This document shows, one piece after another, positions 19,451-27,924 of a stretch of 64,000 nt of DNA. Within the stretch, counting starts at the first letter, position 1; the number at the start of each line of letters is the position of its first letter. The translations under genes were made by a program, and so were the position numbers. This stretch comes from Clostridiales bacterium (GTDB taxonomy: Bacteria > Bacillota > Clostridia > Christensenellales > UBA3700): assembly GCA_015055975.1 (NCBI GenBank), contig SVHF01000005.1, positions 2,676 through 66,675 of the forward strand. Direction: 5' to 3'. The notes beneath the pieces are model-generated. The model was not told the origin of the DNA. It worked only from the letters and a program-made list of their open reading frames with translations, and did not search any database.

Positions 19451-19969
19451 CTCGTATCAAGACAAGCGACACGCCCATCACCACTTGGAGGTAAAAATGA
19501 AATTTAAAGAGAAACTTATTAAAGCAAAAAAATGGTTAAAAGAACAACAAAAAGAATATGATGAAGGATTACTTCGAAGATACAATCGAGGCTATGTTGA
19601 AAGTAGGAACATGAATTGGTTTGAATTACATAGAGCAAAGAAACTTGCAAGAAGAGAATTCAGACAACAACTAAAAGTCTTATTTAAAGATATGGCAAAA
19701 GATATTAAAGACGTATGGAAACATCGGAAAGGTAAATAACTACTTGTATCAAGACTAGCACGCGCACTAAATGATTTTGCGAAATCCCGACTAAATATTT
19801 AATCGACTCAACCCATACCTAAAACAAAAAGAATAGATATAGAGCGCGAAAGTGGAAAAAAGGCTTTTCTACTCGCGTCTCCTACACCCAGGGCGAGCGA
19901 GAAATTTAGCGGGACGCGTGCTTGTCGACGACGAGCGAAGCGAGGCGCTTGTATCAAGACAAGCACACG
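19451..19969. repeat. Three copies of GTATCAAGAC in hairpins (minus strand TCTTGATAC), candidate double-strand origins
   Basis: Exact 10-mer at 19454, 19746, 19951; third copy in perfect stem GCTTGT-N6-ACAAGC; further hairpins at 19842-19880 and GTGCTTGTC/GACAAGCAC. Confidence 0.75.
19497..19739 (+). CDS. Small basic hypothetical protein (80 aa)
   Basis: SD GGAGGT before ATG 19497; K/R-rich helical sequence lying between repeat copies 1 and 2. Confidence 0.65.
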   Translation: MKFKEKLIKAKKWLKEQQKEYDEGLLRRYNRGYVESRNMNWFELHRAKKLARREFRQQLKVLFKDMAKDIKDVWKHRKGK

Positions 19970-20049
19970 TCTCATTACCATTTGATTTAGATATCGTAAA
20001 AATCGAGACTCATCGATGCTAATTGTTGGTTGGGTTTGTAAACACCATG

Positions 20050-20124
20050 TAAGTGTATAAAATATACAGTTATTGTTGACTTGAAATAAATAGAGTGTTA
20101 ATATAAGTGTATAAAATATACAGT
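20050..20124 (+). promoter_or_regulatory. Promoter flanked by a 21-bp direct repeat operator
   Basis: TAAGTGTATAAAATATACAGT at 20050-20070 and 20104-20124, each with palindrome TGTATA-AAA-TATACA; TTGACT-17-TAATAT between them. Confidence 0.75.
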
Positions 20125-20133
20125 AGGTGTAAT

Positions 20134-21282
20134 ATGCTAAAGAAACTTGTAATTAAAAATGTTAATTCAATTAAAAAATGTGAAATAGATTTTGTGAAAG
20201 GCAATTATAAATTTGCAGAAGAAAATGTGCATAATGGAGTTGTTAATCCTATAGCTATTTATGGTCATAATGGTAGCGGTAAATCTGCTGTTATGAATGC
20301 AATAGGTCATTTTGTTGCATTAATGTCATATCCTGCTGAGTCGTTAGCTCCTTTCACTGTTAATCAAATATTGTTTGATGAATATACCTTAGAAGTGGCA
20401 AAAAATTCAAGCAAGATAATTGCTAGTATTCAATTGCTATTTGATATTGACCACGATGAATATGAGTATTATATCGAGACAAGTGCGCTTGGTTATATTA
20501 CAAATGAATATTTGAAAAAGAATGGCATATGTTATTTTGAAAGAGATAAAGAAAAATTTAGTTATGAAGATAAAGAGTCAAAGATTTCTAATATTTCAAG
20601 ATTAATTCCTCAATTAAGATCATTGGCAAGTTCTGAGATTAATGATGCGACTATACAAGTTGTGTATGCATACATTAGTTCAATTACATTTGTAAACTTA
20701 CCATATATTAATAGAGGCGCTTTTGTAACTTCAAAATTGTTTTTAAATACAAACATTAATGATTTGTTAGTACAAAAATCTAAGACAATTAGAGATATGT
20801 TATCAGAAGACAATTGCTTCCCAAGGTATACAATTGAAAAGAACAATAAAATTTTTCCAAACGGTTTGCAAGCATCGCAATATAGCCTTGTGTTAGAAGA
20901 TAAAGATTTTAAAAAGAAATTGCCTTTAGAGATGATATCTGTCGGCATGAAGAATTTAAGCATATTGCTTTCTTTGTTACTTTCTGTTCCAAAGAATGGT
21001 GTAGTCTTTATTGATGAGGTTGACGCAGCTTTGCATCCTTCAACTTTAAATATGTTCTTAAAAATTATTAGGAAAAACAGTATACAAGTAGTTTTTACAA
21101 TACATAATACAAATGCATTGCAATCTATGAGGCCAGATCAAGTGTATTTTGCGAAATGGGCAAAAGGCTTTTCTAATTATTATAGATTATCAAAGATATA
21201 CCCAAATATTCGAGAAATTAATAATATAGAAAAGATGTACTTATCTTCAACTTTTGATGAGGAAATGAAAGAAGATGAGTAA
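20134..21282 (+). CDS. ABC-type ATPase (AAA_21/AAA_15-like), AbiL/RloA-like component
   Basis: Walker A GHNGSGKS, signature ISVGMK, Walker B FIDEVDAALHP, H-loop FTIHN; start at MLKKLVIKN. Confidence 0.85.
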   Translation: MLKKLVIKNVNSIKKCEIDFVKGNYKFAEENVHNGVVNPIAIYGHNGSGKSAVMNAIGHFVALMSYPAESLAPFTVNQILFDEYTLEVAKNSSKIIASIQLLFDIDHDEYEYYIETSALGYITNEYLKKNGICYFERDKEKFSYEDKESKISNISRLIPQLRSLASSEINDATIQVVYAYISSITFVNLPYINRGAFVTSKLFLNTNINDLLVQKSKTIRDMLSEDNCFPRYTIEKNNKIFPNGLQASQYSLVLEDKDFKKKLPLEMISVGMKNLSILLSLLLSVPKNGVVFIDEVDAALHPSTLNMFLKIIRKNSIQVVFTIHNTNALQSMRPDQVYFAKWAKGFSNYYRLSKIYPNIREINNIEKMYLSSTFDEEMKEDE

Positions 21283-22054
21283 AAACTATTTGCTTATAGT
21301 TGAGGGAAAGAAAACGGAGCCCAATGTATTTGAATGCGCATTTGAGCGGTATGGTTTTCGCGTTGAAAAAGGTAAAGAGCCGTTAAACATAACTGATGTT
21401 GGGCAATTTGAAAAAATTGAGTTTTCTTTAAATCAAAACAATGTGGTAATTATTCAAGGACCTAGAAATAGAATACATGATTTTTTATTACTTATAGAAA
21501 ATGAAGATGTAGTTGTAGAAAAGTTGTTTAAGTATCAATATGCGTTCTTTAATTCAATTTTCTTAATATATGATGTTGATCATAATGATTGTGAAGATAT
21601 TGAAAAAATGTTTAATTATTTTAACGATGAAACGACGTCTGGTTTATTACTATTAAGTTCTCCTTGTATTGAGGTATTAGAAGACTATAATAGAGAAAGG
21701 CGTGAAGAGACTTATCATAAAATAGAAGAATATAAAAAAGATATAAATATATATTGGAATGGGCTTGCGCAAGATAATCTATTAGCTAATTTTGAAAGCA
21801 CGATGTTACATTTTTTAGAAAAGAATCAAAAAGATTTTGCTGAAAACAACATAATGGAACATCCAAGACTTATTATAGATAAAATCAATAAGTTAAATGA
21901 GAGGGTTAATTGTTCGGATAAAGAAAAGTCTTATGTAAGATATAGATATTTTTCTACAGTAGTATATGTCGCAATAGCAAATGCTAATGGATTGACAAAA
22001 GAAATTGATAACTATTCAAAGGCATGTGAGTTCTTTGAGAACAAAAAGCAATAA
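21275..22054 (+). CDS. RloB-like TOPRIM-domain protein
   Basis: LIVEGKKTE, IFLIYDVD (DxD), SSPCIE motif; overlaps the ATPase stop by 8 nt. Confidence 0.7.
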   Translation: MSKNYLLIVEGKKTEPNVFECAFERYGFRVEKGKEPLNITDVGQFEKIEFSLNQNNVVIIQGPRNRIHDFLLLIENEDVVVEKLFKYQYAFFNSIFLIYDVDHNDCEDIEKMFNYFNDETTSGLLLLSSPCIEVLEDYNRERREETYHKIEEYKKDINIYWNGLAQDNLLANFESTMLHFLEKNQKDFAENNIMEHPRLIIDKINKLNERVNCSDKEKSYVRYRYFSTVVYVAIANANGLTKEIDNYSKACEFFENKKQ

Positions 22055-22176
22055 AATTTTTGTTTGTATAATTTAATCTTTTGACTTTTCGGAGAAGGTT
22101 CTTGTTGATTTTTTTTAGATTAATATTGAATTTATATCTGGATCTTTGACATAATAATATTAAAGGAACTAAACAT

Positions 22177-22584
22177 ATGACTATAGGTGAAAAGATTAAA
22201 CAATTGCGTATATCAAAAGGGTTATCTGTTTCTGAATTTGCACAACAAATCGAAGTAACAGAGCGGACTATTTATAGATGGGAAAGCAATAAAAATATCC
22301 CATCTAATTCATATTTAGCGAAAATAGCAATTTCCTGCGATGTCAAGATAGATTATTTCAAAAGTGAAAAAGCAAAATTGTCTATCGTCAAGCTATTATC
22401 TATAATCTCAATAGTTATTCTTTCTTTATTAACATTAATATCGTTAATAGGGTTTATAGCATATTTGGCCACAGGGCAAAGAGTTTTATTTGGTCTATCT
22501 TTTGATTTTATTATAGCAATGCTAATATTTTCTTTTAGCCTTTTATCTTTTGCAATAGTGTTTTTGTCTTTAAATAAATACTAA
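22177..22584 (+). CDS. XRE-family HTH regulator with two C-terminal TM helices
   Basis: IGEKIKQLRISKGLS..EFAQQIEVTERTIYRWESNKNIP followed by two hydrophobic segments. Confidence 0.88.
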   Translation: MTIGEKIKQLRISKGLSVSEFAQQIEVTERTIYRWESNKNIPSNSYLAKIAISCDVKIDYFKSEKAKLSIVKLLSIISIVILSLLTLISLIGFIAYLATGQRVLFGLSFDFIIAMLIFSFSLLSFAIVFLSLNKY

Positions 22585-22596
22585 TTGTCTTAAAAA

Positions 22597-22644
22597 GTCA
22601 TGAAATGTCACGAAATGTCAGTAGATAAATTATATATAATGTCA
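22597..22644 (+). promoter_or_regulatory. Phased (T)GTCA repeats upstream of the cargo operon
   Basis: GTCA at 22597, 22607, 22617 (10-bp period, GAAATGTCA twice) and AATGTCA at 22638. Confidence 0.5.
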
Positions 22645-22672
22645 TAATCTTTTAGTAGGAGGTTATGATATT

Positions 22673-23398
22673 ATGAAAAATAAATTATTTATTATTTTGA
22701 TGCTTATTTTGACGATTTGTGTTTCAACAGCATATGTAACATCAATTGCTTATGCGGAAAGCACAAATAGTGAAGAGGCTTTTAGTAGTGACCCAACAAT
22801 AGTACATCTTTCAGATGATTATCAAGGATGGAATAATTCGTCGCGTTGGTATTCTCAGCCATTATGGTATTGCGATAATAATTCATATTCGCCAACATCA
22901 CATGATTACAAATATTGCGAATATAATACTTCTGTAATAAGCAATTTGCCGTACTATAAAGTAATGGCAACTGATAGTTATGAAACTATAGAATTGTCGC
23001 AAGTTGAGACTCTTTCGTCTCCGGATAATAGTGAAACAAACTCTGGTGTATTTGTTACATTCCAAAGCAATAACATTTCATATGCTTCGGGAATATATTT
23101 GAATGGAGATGAATACATATTAGGAGCATTAACTTCAGAATTGCAAATATTCGGCTCTACGACAAAGGTTGGAGCTGGAAAAGTGTTATATAGACAAGGG
23201 GCTTTAGTGAACGGCGGTACTTGGGGAGGTTGGTCATACGCTGATTTAGGGACTAATACTTCAATTTATTTTCCAGCTAATGTTGCTGTTCAATTGGCTG
23301 TTATTTATGAGGTTAAAGAAGAAAAATTACATTGGTATCAAAGTCATAAATATTATAGATGCTTGGGATACTATAGATTTAACACGGGAGTTGTTTAA
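22673..23398 (+). CDS. Secreted hypothetical protein (Tyr/Trp/Ser rich)
   Basis: SD AGGAGG, signal peptide ending AYA-E, no recognised domain. Confidence 0.75.
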   Translation: MKNKLFIILMLILTICVSTAYVTSIAYAESTNSEEAFSSDPTIVHLSDDYQGWNNSSRWYSQPLWYCDNNSYSPTSHDYKYCEYNTSVISNLPYYKVMATDSYETIELSQVETLSSPDNSETNSGVFVTFQSNNISYASGIYLNGDEYILGALTSELQIFGSTTKVGAGKVLYRQGALVNGGTWGGWSYADLGTNTSIYFPANVAVQLAVIYEVKEEKLHWYQSHKYYRCLGYYRFNTGVV

Positions 23399-24312
23399 TG
23401 TTAGAATTGATAAAACAAAACAAGAATAAACTTACTTGCATCCTAATAGCATTTGTCACAATTATAGCAATTGTTCTTTTGTTATTAGGCAGTCAAACTT
23501 ATACAACGAATTCAGATGATGATTCATCTATTGATTCATATAAAGTCCTATATGAAGAAGCGAAAATGAATTATGAGTGCAAAATTGGAATAAGAGAGTG
23601 GCCTGCCGGTGTTATGCAAGATCCAAAAATGACAGCTAAAGATTATGAAGCGAAAATGAATTATTATGAAGAATTAATGGATAATAATATTTCTAAATCA
23701 GATTATTTTAATATAGATAATCCTCTGCAAAATAAAGAAACAATGAGGCATGCAACAATAGGATATATGATGTTATATATCATGAGCTTTTTTGTTATAA
23801 TTGCAGCGCTTAGCATTCCTTATGTTTTTGCTAATGACGATAAGCATAGCAAATTAGTAGCATTAGGAGCTTCATATTGTAGTGTATTTGTTTTGAATTT
23901 AATAGTGTTCATCTTTGGTATTCCATTTGTGTTAAATAATATGTCAGCGCCAGTAATTCAGCAGTTTGGAATAAATACAATTACAACAACGATATCTATA
24001 TATTATTTTGTTAGAGCATTGGGATTGTTGTGTATATCTCTCTTAATGTGCACAATAGGAAGTATTATTGCGAATGCAAGAAAGATGAGCTTCGCTAAAT
24101 ATTTATCTGTATTTATGACATATTTCATTTTCTGTATTCCATTTGTTTTAGAGTTGGGATTAAAGTCTAACAATTATGCAATTATTCCTATTACGCATAT
24201 ACAATTTGCAAACAATATAATAAATAATCCGATTTATTGGATTGGCGTTATTATATGCATTATGTTGGGAATATGTTATTATGCATGTTTGAGGTTTAGA
24301 AAGCAATTATAA
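23398..24312 (+). CDS. Multi-pass membrane protein, ABC-2 permease-like topology
   Basis: TM1, ~85-aa extracellular loop, five further TM; TAATG-coupled to the upstream gene. Confidence 0.65.
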   Translation: MLELIKQNKNKLTCILIAFVTIIAIVLLLLGSQTYTTNSDDDSSIDSYKVLYEEAKMNYECKIGIREWPAGVMQDPKMTAKDYEAKMNYYEELMDNNISKSDYFNIDNPLQNKETMRHATIGYMMLYIMSFFVIIAALSIPYVFANDDKHSKLVALGASYCSVFVLNLIVFIFGIPFVLNNMSAPVIQQFGINTITTTISIYYFVRALGLLCISLLMCTIGSIIANARKMSFAKYLSVFMTYFIFCIPFVLELGLKSNNYAIIPITHIQFANNIINNPIYWIGVIICIMLGICYYACLRFRKQL

Positions 24313-24390
24313 ATATGTTTAGCTATATTAAATCGGAGGTGGTGCTAAAAATAATAAGAATCAACAACATAATAGATTAGGAGGTTATTT

Positions 24391-25758
24391 ATGAATAAAA
24401 GTAGACAAAAAATCAAATTAGTTGCAATCACTAGCATTTTGCTCTTAGCATTAATCGCAGTAGCAGGAGCGACTTTAATATTAGGCATAACAATGCAAAA
24501 GGCTCAGCATAACATAGAATCGTTTAATTCGGACCCAATTGCTTCATATGAGAAAACATACTGTGAAGAGTTAATGTCATATAAATTGGATCAAAATTAT
24601 ATCTGTACTTTAACAAAAGAAGTATATGATTTTTCTGGCAATGCAAATTATATGCTTTGTTATGATGAAAATTTAAATTGGTATGCGATAATAAATAGAA
24701 CAAGCGGTGATGTTTTAGAACGAAAAGAATCAAAATCCCCATATAATGATTATTTGGAATACAAGTGTTTCTATTTGGGATATGGTAATTATTACTTTTT
24801 AGAAGGCAATAGGATTGTTTCTATTATGGATACAACTACTATATTTGAAGCAGATGATATCCCACAAGAGCTTATTGAAGGATCTATAAATCTAAACAAC
24901 AAAGCGATCACCGATGGAACTTTTAAATCTAGGGAAGAGATAGAAGAATTTGTAAAAGAGCAAGAAAAATCTATTGTTTCGTTATGTGGAGCATCAAATA
25001 GAAATAATACACATTATTGTGACAATCTATTGTATTTTTTAGAAATGTGCAACGCTTTAGTGCCAAAACGATTTGTAATCTCGACTGAACCATATTATGT
25101 TACGATTGGCTGTGGGACTTTTACAAGATATAATGGGGCTCAATATGATGATATTTTGTTTGCAAAAAATACAACAGGAACATGTGGAATAGTATCTTCT
25201 GCAATGCTATTACAGTATTATGAAAGAAATGGGATATTAAACGTTATTCCAAATAGTATATATAACAATAGTATAATTAGTTTTCCTTCTGGTTCAACAG
25301 TGTCAAGTGTTGGCTTAGAGTATACCGTTGCCCAAAAAGTTCATAATGCAATAAATGCTCATCATAGTGAGATTTTGGGAGGTTCTACTTATGTATCGGC
25401 AAAAGATGCAATAAATGGGTATTTCTCAACATACGGGATAACTGGAGTTAGTGCATCGTCAAACGTTTTAGATGCTGGCATGAAGTCCACAATTAACAAT
25501 GGAGATCCAGTAGTAGTATTTATAAGTGGAGGAACAGGATATAGCGCTTATATTGATTCTAGTAGCAATAATTATTATTCGGAGTATATTAGCTCACATG
25601 CAATGTTAGCATTTGGGTACACAACTGGGTTATTCGGACTGGTTGATGAGTATATTTGCAATAAAGGATGGCCAGAAGCGTATAATAATTACTATACATA
25701 TGGCGTAACATACATTTCGCACATTTCTATCGTGGGTAATGTAAAATTATTATATTAA
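24391..25758 (+). CDS. Secreted or membrane-anchored papain-fold cysteine peptidase (C10/C39-like)
   Basis: N-terminal TM, prodomain-like region, N..GTCGIVSSAMLLQY (Cys), SHAMLAFGY (His), ICNKGW (as in streptopain-like NxGW). Confidence 0.7.
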   Translation: MNKSRQKIKLVAITSILLLALIAVAGATLILGITMQKAQHNIESFNSDPIASYEKTYCEELMSYKLDQNYICTLTKEVYDFSGNANYMLCYDENLNWYAIINRTSGDVLERKESKSPYNDYLEYKCFYLGYGNYYFLEGNRIVSIMDTTTIFEADDIPQELIEGSINLNNKAITDGTFKSREEIEEFVKEQEKSIVSLCGASNRNNTHYCDNLLYFLEMCNALVPKRFVISTEPYYVTIGCGTFTRYNGAQYDDILFAKNTTGTCGIVSSAMLLQYYERNGILNVIPNSIYNNSIISFPSGSTVSSVGLEYTVAQKVHNAINAHHSEILGGSTYVSAKDAINGYFSTYGITGVSASSNVLDAGMKSTINNGDPVVVFISGGTGYSAYIDSSSNNYYSEYISSHAMLAFGYTTGLFGLVDEYICNKGWPEAYNNYYTYGVTYISHISIVGNVKLLY

Positions 25759-25768
25759 GGAGAACGCT

Positions 25769-26248
25769 ATGAGGAAGCATAAATATATAATAATTGCAGT
25801 CGTTGCCATTGTTGTTTTGATTGTTATTGCGTTTCTTGTTAATTTGTGTTTATTTAATGCGCTTAAAAACAATAAAGTAAACATCCTTGAACAGCATGGT
25901 GTGAAAACTACAGAAATCCTAAAACTTGAAAAATTAGAGCATTCGCCGGAGCAGCAGTATTTGAAATATACAACATTTTGCTCTAAAACAAAATTTATGT
26001 ATGGAATATATTCGTTGGGATATAAGGTACATTGTTTATATGATGATGGTAACAAACAGATTGAATATGACCTATATGAAGTAGATTGGGCTAGAACGTA
26101 TGCAGAAGATGAATCATTTTATATTTTTTCGGCAGAAACCTTGTTTGAAACAAAGCATATTTTAGTATTAGATAAAAGCGACAAGGATAATTTGGAACTA
26201 GTTTGGCGAGATTTGGGGTTGTTAATTGATTATCAATTTGCCCTATAG
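25769..26248 (+). CDS. Single-pass membrane hypothetical protein
   Basis: SD AAGGAG, N-terminal TM, 10 nt after the peptidase stop. Confidence 0.7.
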   Translation: MRKHKYIIIAVVAIVVLIVIAFLVNLCLFNALKNNKVNILEQHGVKTTEILKLEKLEHSPEQQYLKYTTFCSKTKFMYGIYSLGYKVHCLYDDGNKQIEYDLYEVDWARTYAEDESFYIFSAETLFETKHILVLDKSDKDNLELVWRDLGLLIDYQFAL

Positions 26249-26349
26249 AGCAGTAGTAGATTGTCAAATCAAGTGCAATCTTGGTTATGTATAAGTCACT
26301 AAAGAAAAATATAATTGATTTGATATATCAAAGACAATAGAGCACTAAA

Positions 26350-26389
26350 GATAGAGCCAACTCAGTTTAAATATTGAACTGGCTCTATC
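26350..26389 (+). terminator. Hairpin after the cargo operon
   Basis: GATAGAGCCA (26350) / TGGCTCTATC (26380); weak T tail. Confidence 0.45.
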
Positions 26390-26502
26390 AATTTACGCGA
26401 CTCTAGCTAGTCCACCTCTATATTTTATTCTTTTGATGAAATCTTTTTGTATTTTAATGAATTAAAAGAAGTCGAAAATTAGTTTATATTATGCAATTAG
26501 TT

Positions 26503-26531
26503 AAAAAGAAAATAGAGTACAAAGTACTCTA
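26503..26531 (-). terminator. Element-borne terminator (serves tRNA-Ser when integrated, recombinase when excised)
   Basis: Minus strand TAGAGTAC-TTT-GTACTCTA-TTTTCTTTTT. Confidence 0.7.
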
Positions 26532-26580
26532 CTTTTCAAAGATTAGTCTCAAAGCAAAACTGTTTTTATATACTAACCAA

Positions 26581-26607
26581 TAGTGCGCTTGAGACCCTTG
26601 TGGCGGA
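26581..26607. other. tRNA-proximal att junction
   Basis: TAGTGCGC (26581-26588) and core GGCGGA (26602-26607) overlapping the tRNA acceptor end. Confidence 0.75.
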
Positions 26608-26691
26608 GAGTGCGAGATTTGAACTCGCGCTACGGTTTCCCGTACTACACCCTTAGCAGGGGCGCCCCTTCGGCCTCTTGGGTAACTCTCC
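26601..26691 (-). tRNA. tRNA-Ser(GCT)
   Basis: GGAGAGT...ACTCTCC-G-CCA, anticodon loop CT-GCT-AA, long variable arm, GTTCAAATC T-arm. Confidence 0.97.
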
Positions 26692-26754
26692 AAACCGAAG
26701 TTATATGCTCATTTATATTAACACACGTTACGCGTAATGTAAATGAAATATTTA

Positions 26755-26829
26755 TGGTGACTCCGTCGGGATTCGAACCCGAGTAGCAGCCGTGAGAGGG
26801 CTGAGTCTTAACCGCTTGACCACGGAGCC
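26755..26829 (-). tRNA. tRNA-Glu(CTC)
   Basis: GGCTCCG...CGGAGTC-A-CCA, anticodon stem CAGCC/GGCTG with loop CT-CTC-AC, GGTTCGAATCC. Confidence 0.97.
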
Positions 26830-26880
26830 AAAAGCATAAGATATATTATCATAGAAATATATTCTTGTCTAATTATTTAA

Positions 26881-27804
26881 TTAAATTTCGCCCTTTATTA
26901 CTTTATTTGCAAAATCTAAGAATAATTGGTTAGCTTTAACCGCATCTTTTCCTTTCCAAGTGCTTTGGAAGGTGTGGTTAGATAAGAACTTTGTAGAGTA
27001 GTACACTTCGTTATAAACTCCAAGTTCATTTAGTTTATCAACTAAATCCTCACCTTGACCACCACAGAAGAAATCTTGTTTTGCATATACGACGCAAGAT
27101 TTTGGGAAGTCTTTTGTTATATTTGGAAGTGAAGATATAACATCAATGTATGGATTAGATTTTATATCCTTAATATCAGTTCCAGTGAAGTGCTTACAAA
27201 TTTGTCCAGATAGATTAAATAATACTTTCACAGACAAAGCTCTATCAATATCATAAATACCGCAATTTAGCATCAAAGCTGTTATGTTTAATTTAGATTT
27301 TAGGCCTAACTTTTCTTGCATTAATTTGCTGCCTTGAAGGGCTGCAAGTTCAGCTACATAATAGCCGCCAGAAGAATCTCCTGTTGCAATTACTTTAGAT
27401 AAATCTAAATTGTATTTTTCTGCGTTATCATAAACCCAATCCAATGCTTTAACAAGATGTGCTAGGGGAGCTGGGAATAAATATTTTGGTCCAAGTCCAT
27501 TATTAACGTTAACAACAAAAGCATTAGTGTTTATTGCAAGCCATGAAGATAGACATCTTCTATACTTTTTATCACCAGCAATAAAGCCGCCGCCATGAAC
27601 ATTGAATATAACGGGATGCTTTTCGTTTGGTGCTGTTTTTGAGATGTAAGTATCTAGTCTGCAAGTTTTAGAATCTGATTCGTCATAAACGATATCTTTT
27701 TCTACATCAATTTTGCCTTTGAATTTTCTCATCATACTTGGTCTATTTTGAAAATAATTAAAACCGAAGTCGATTGCTCTAAATACAACATAATCAAAAC
27801 TCAT
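26881..27804 (-). CDS. Alpha/beta hydrolase, HSL-type esterase/lipase
   Basis: HGGGF oxyanion motif, GDSSG nucleophile, C-terminal D and H (QDFF, NHTF). Confidence 0.88.
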   Translation of the reverse strand: MSFDYVVFRAIDFGFNYFQNRPSMMRKFKGKIDVEKDIVYDESDSKTCRLDTYISKTAPNEKHPVIFNVHGGGFIAGDKKYRRCLSSWLAINTNAFVVNVNNGLGPKYLFPAPLAHLVKALDWVYDNAEKYNLDLSKVIATGDSSGGYYVAELAALQGSKLMQEKLGLKSKLNITALMLNCGIYDIDRALSVKVLFNLSGQICKHFTGTDIKDIKSNPYIDVISSLPNITKDFPKSCVVYAKQDFFCGGQGEDLVDKLNELGVYNEVYYSTKFLSNHTFQSTWKGKDAVKANQLFLDFANKVIKGEI

Positions 27805-27924
27805 AATTCACCTCTAGACATACATAATTTTATTAAAAATAAAACAAAAACGCAATATGTTCGCGCGCACCTTGATTTTATTAAATCGCGTATGTTATAT
27901 TTTTAGTAGTTCAAGGCACTAAAA

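Larger units (their letters stand above)
16765..26607. mobile_element. ~9.84 kb integrative element in the tRNA-Ser(GCT) 3' end
   Basis: Large serine recombinase at one end, tRNA-Ser at the other, direct core GGCGGA at 16765 and 26602, reconstructed attP with TAGTGCGC/GCGCACTA inverted arms, Rep-like gene and cargo inside. Confidence 0.85.

Noticed and set aside
19451-19969. CRISPR array
   Set aside because: Only three imperfect copies, 205-292 bp apart, no cas genes; kept as origin-like repeats. No CRISPR array seen anywhere in the window.
24335-24380. GGAGGT followed by GTG and a 12-codon ORF ending in the peptidase SD
   Set aside because: SD-to-start spacing is only 1-2 nt; translation unlikely.
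26323-26349. Fourth copy of the GTATCAAGAC repeat (TATCAAAGACAA)
   Set aside because: Has an extra base and no flanking stem; may be chance in AT-rich DNA.
26583-26786. 67-aa ORF in the track
   Set aside because: It is the antisense reading of tRNA-Ser and tRNA-Glu.
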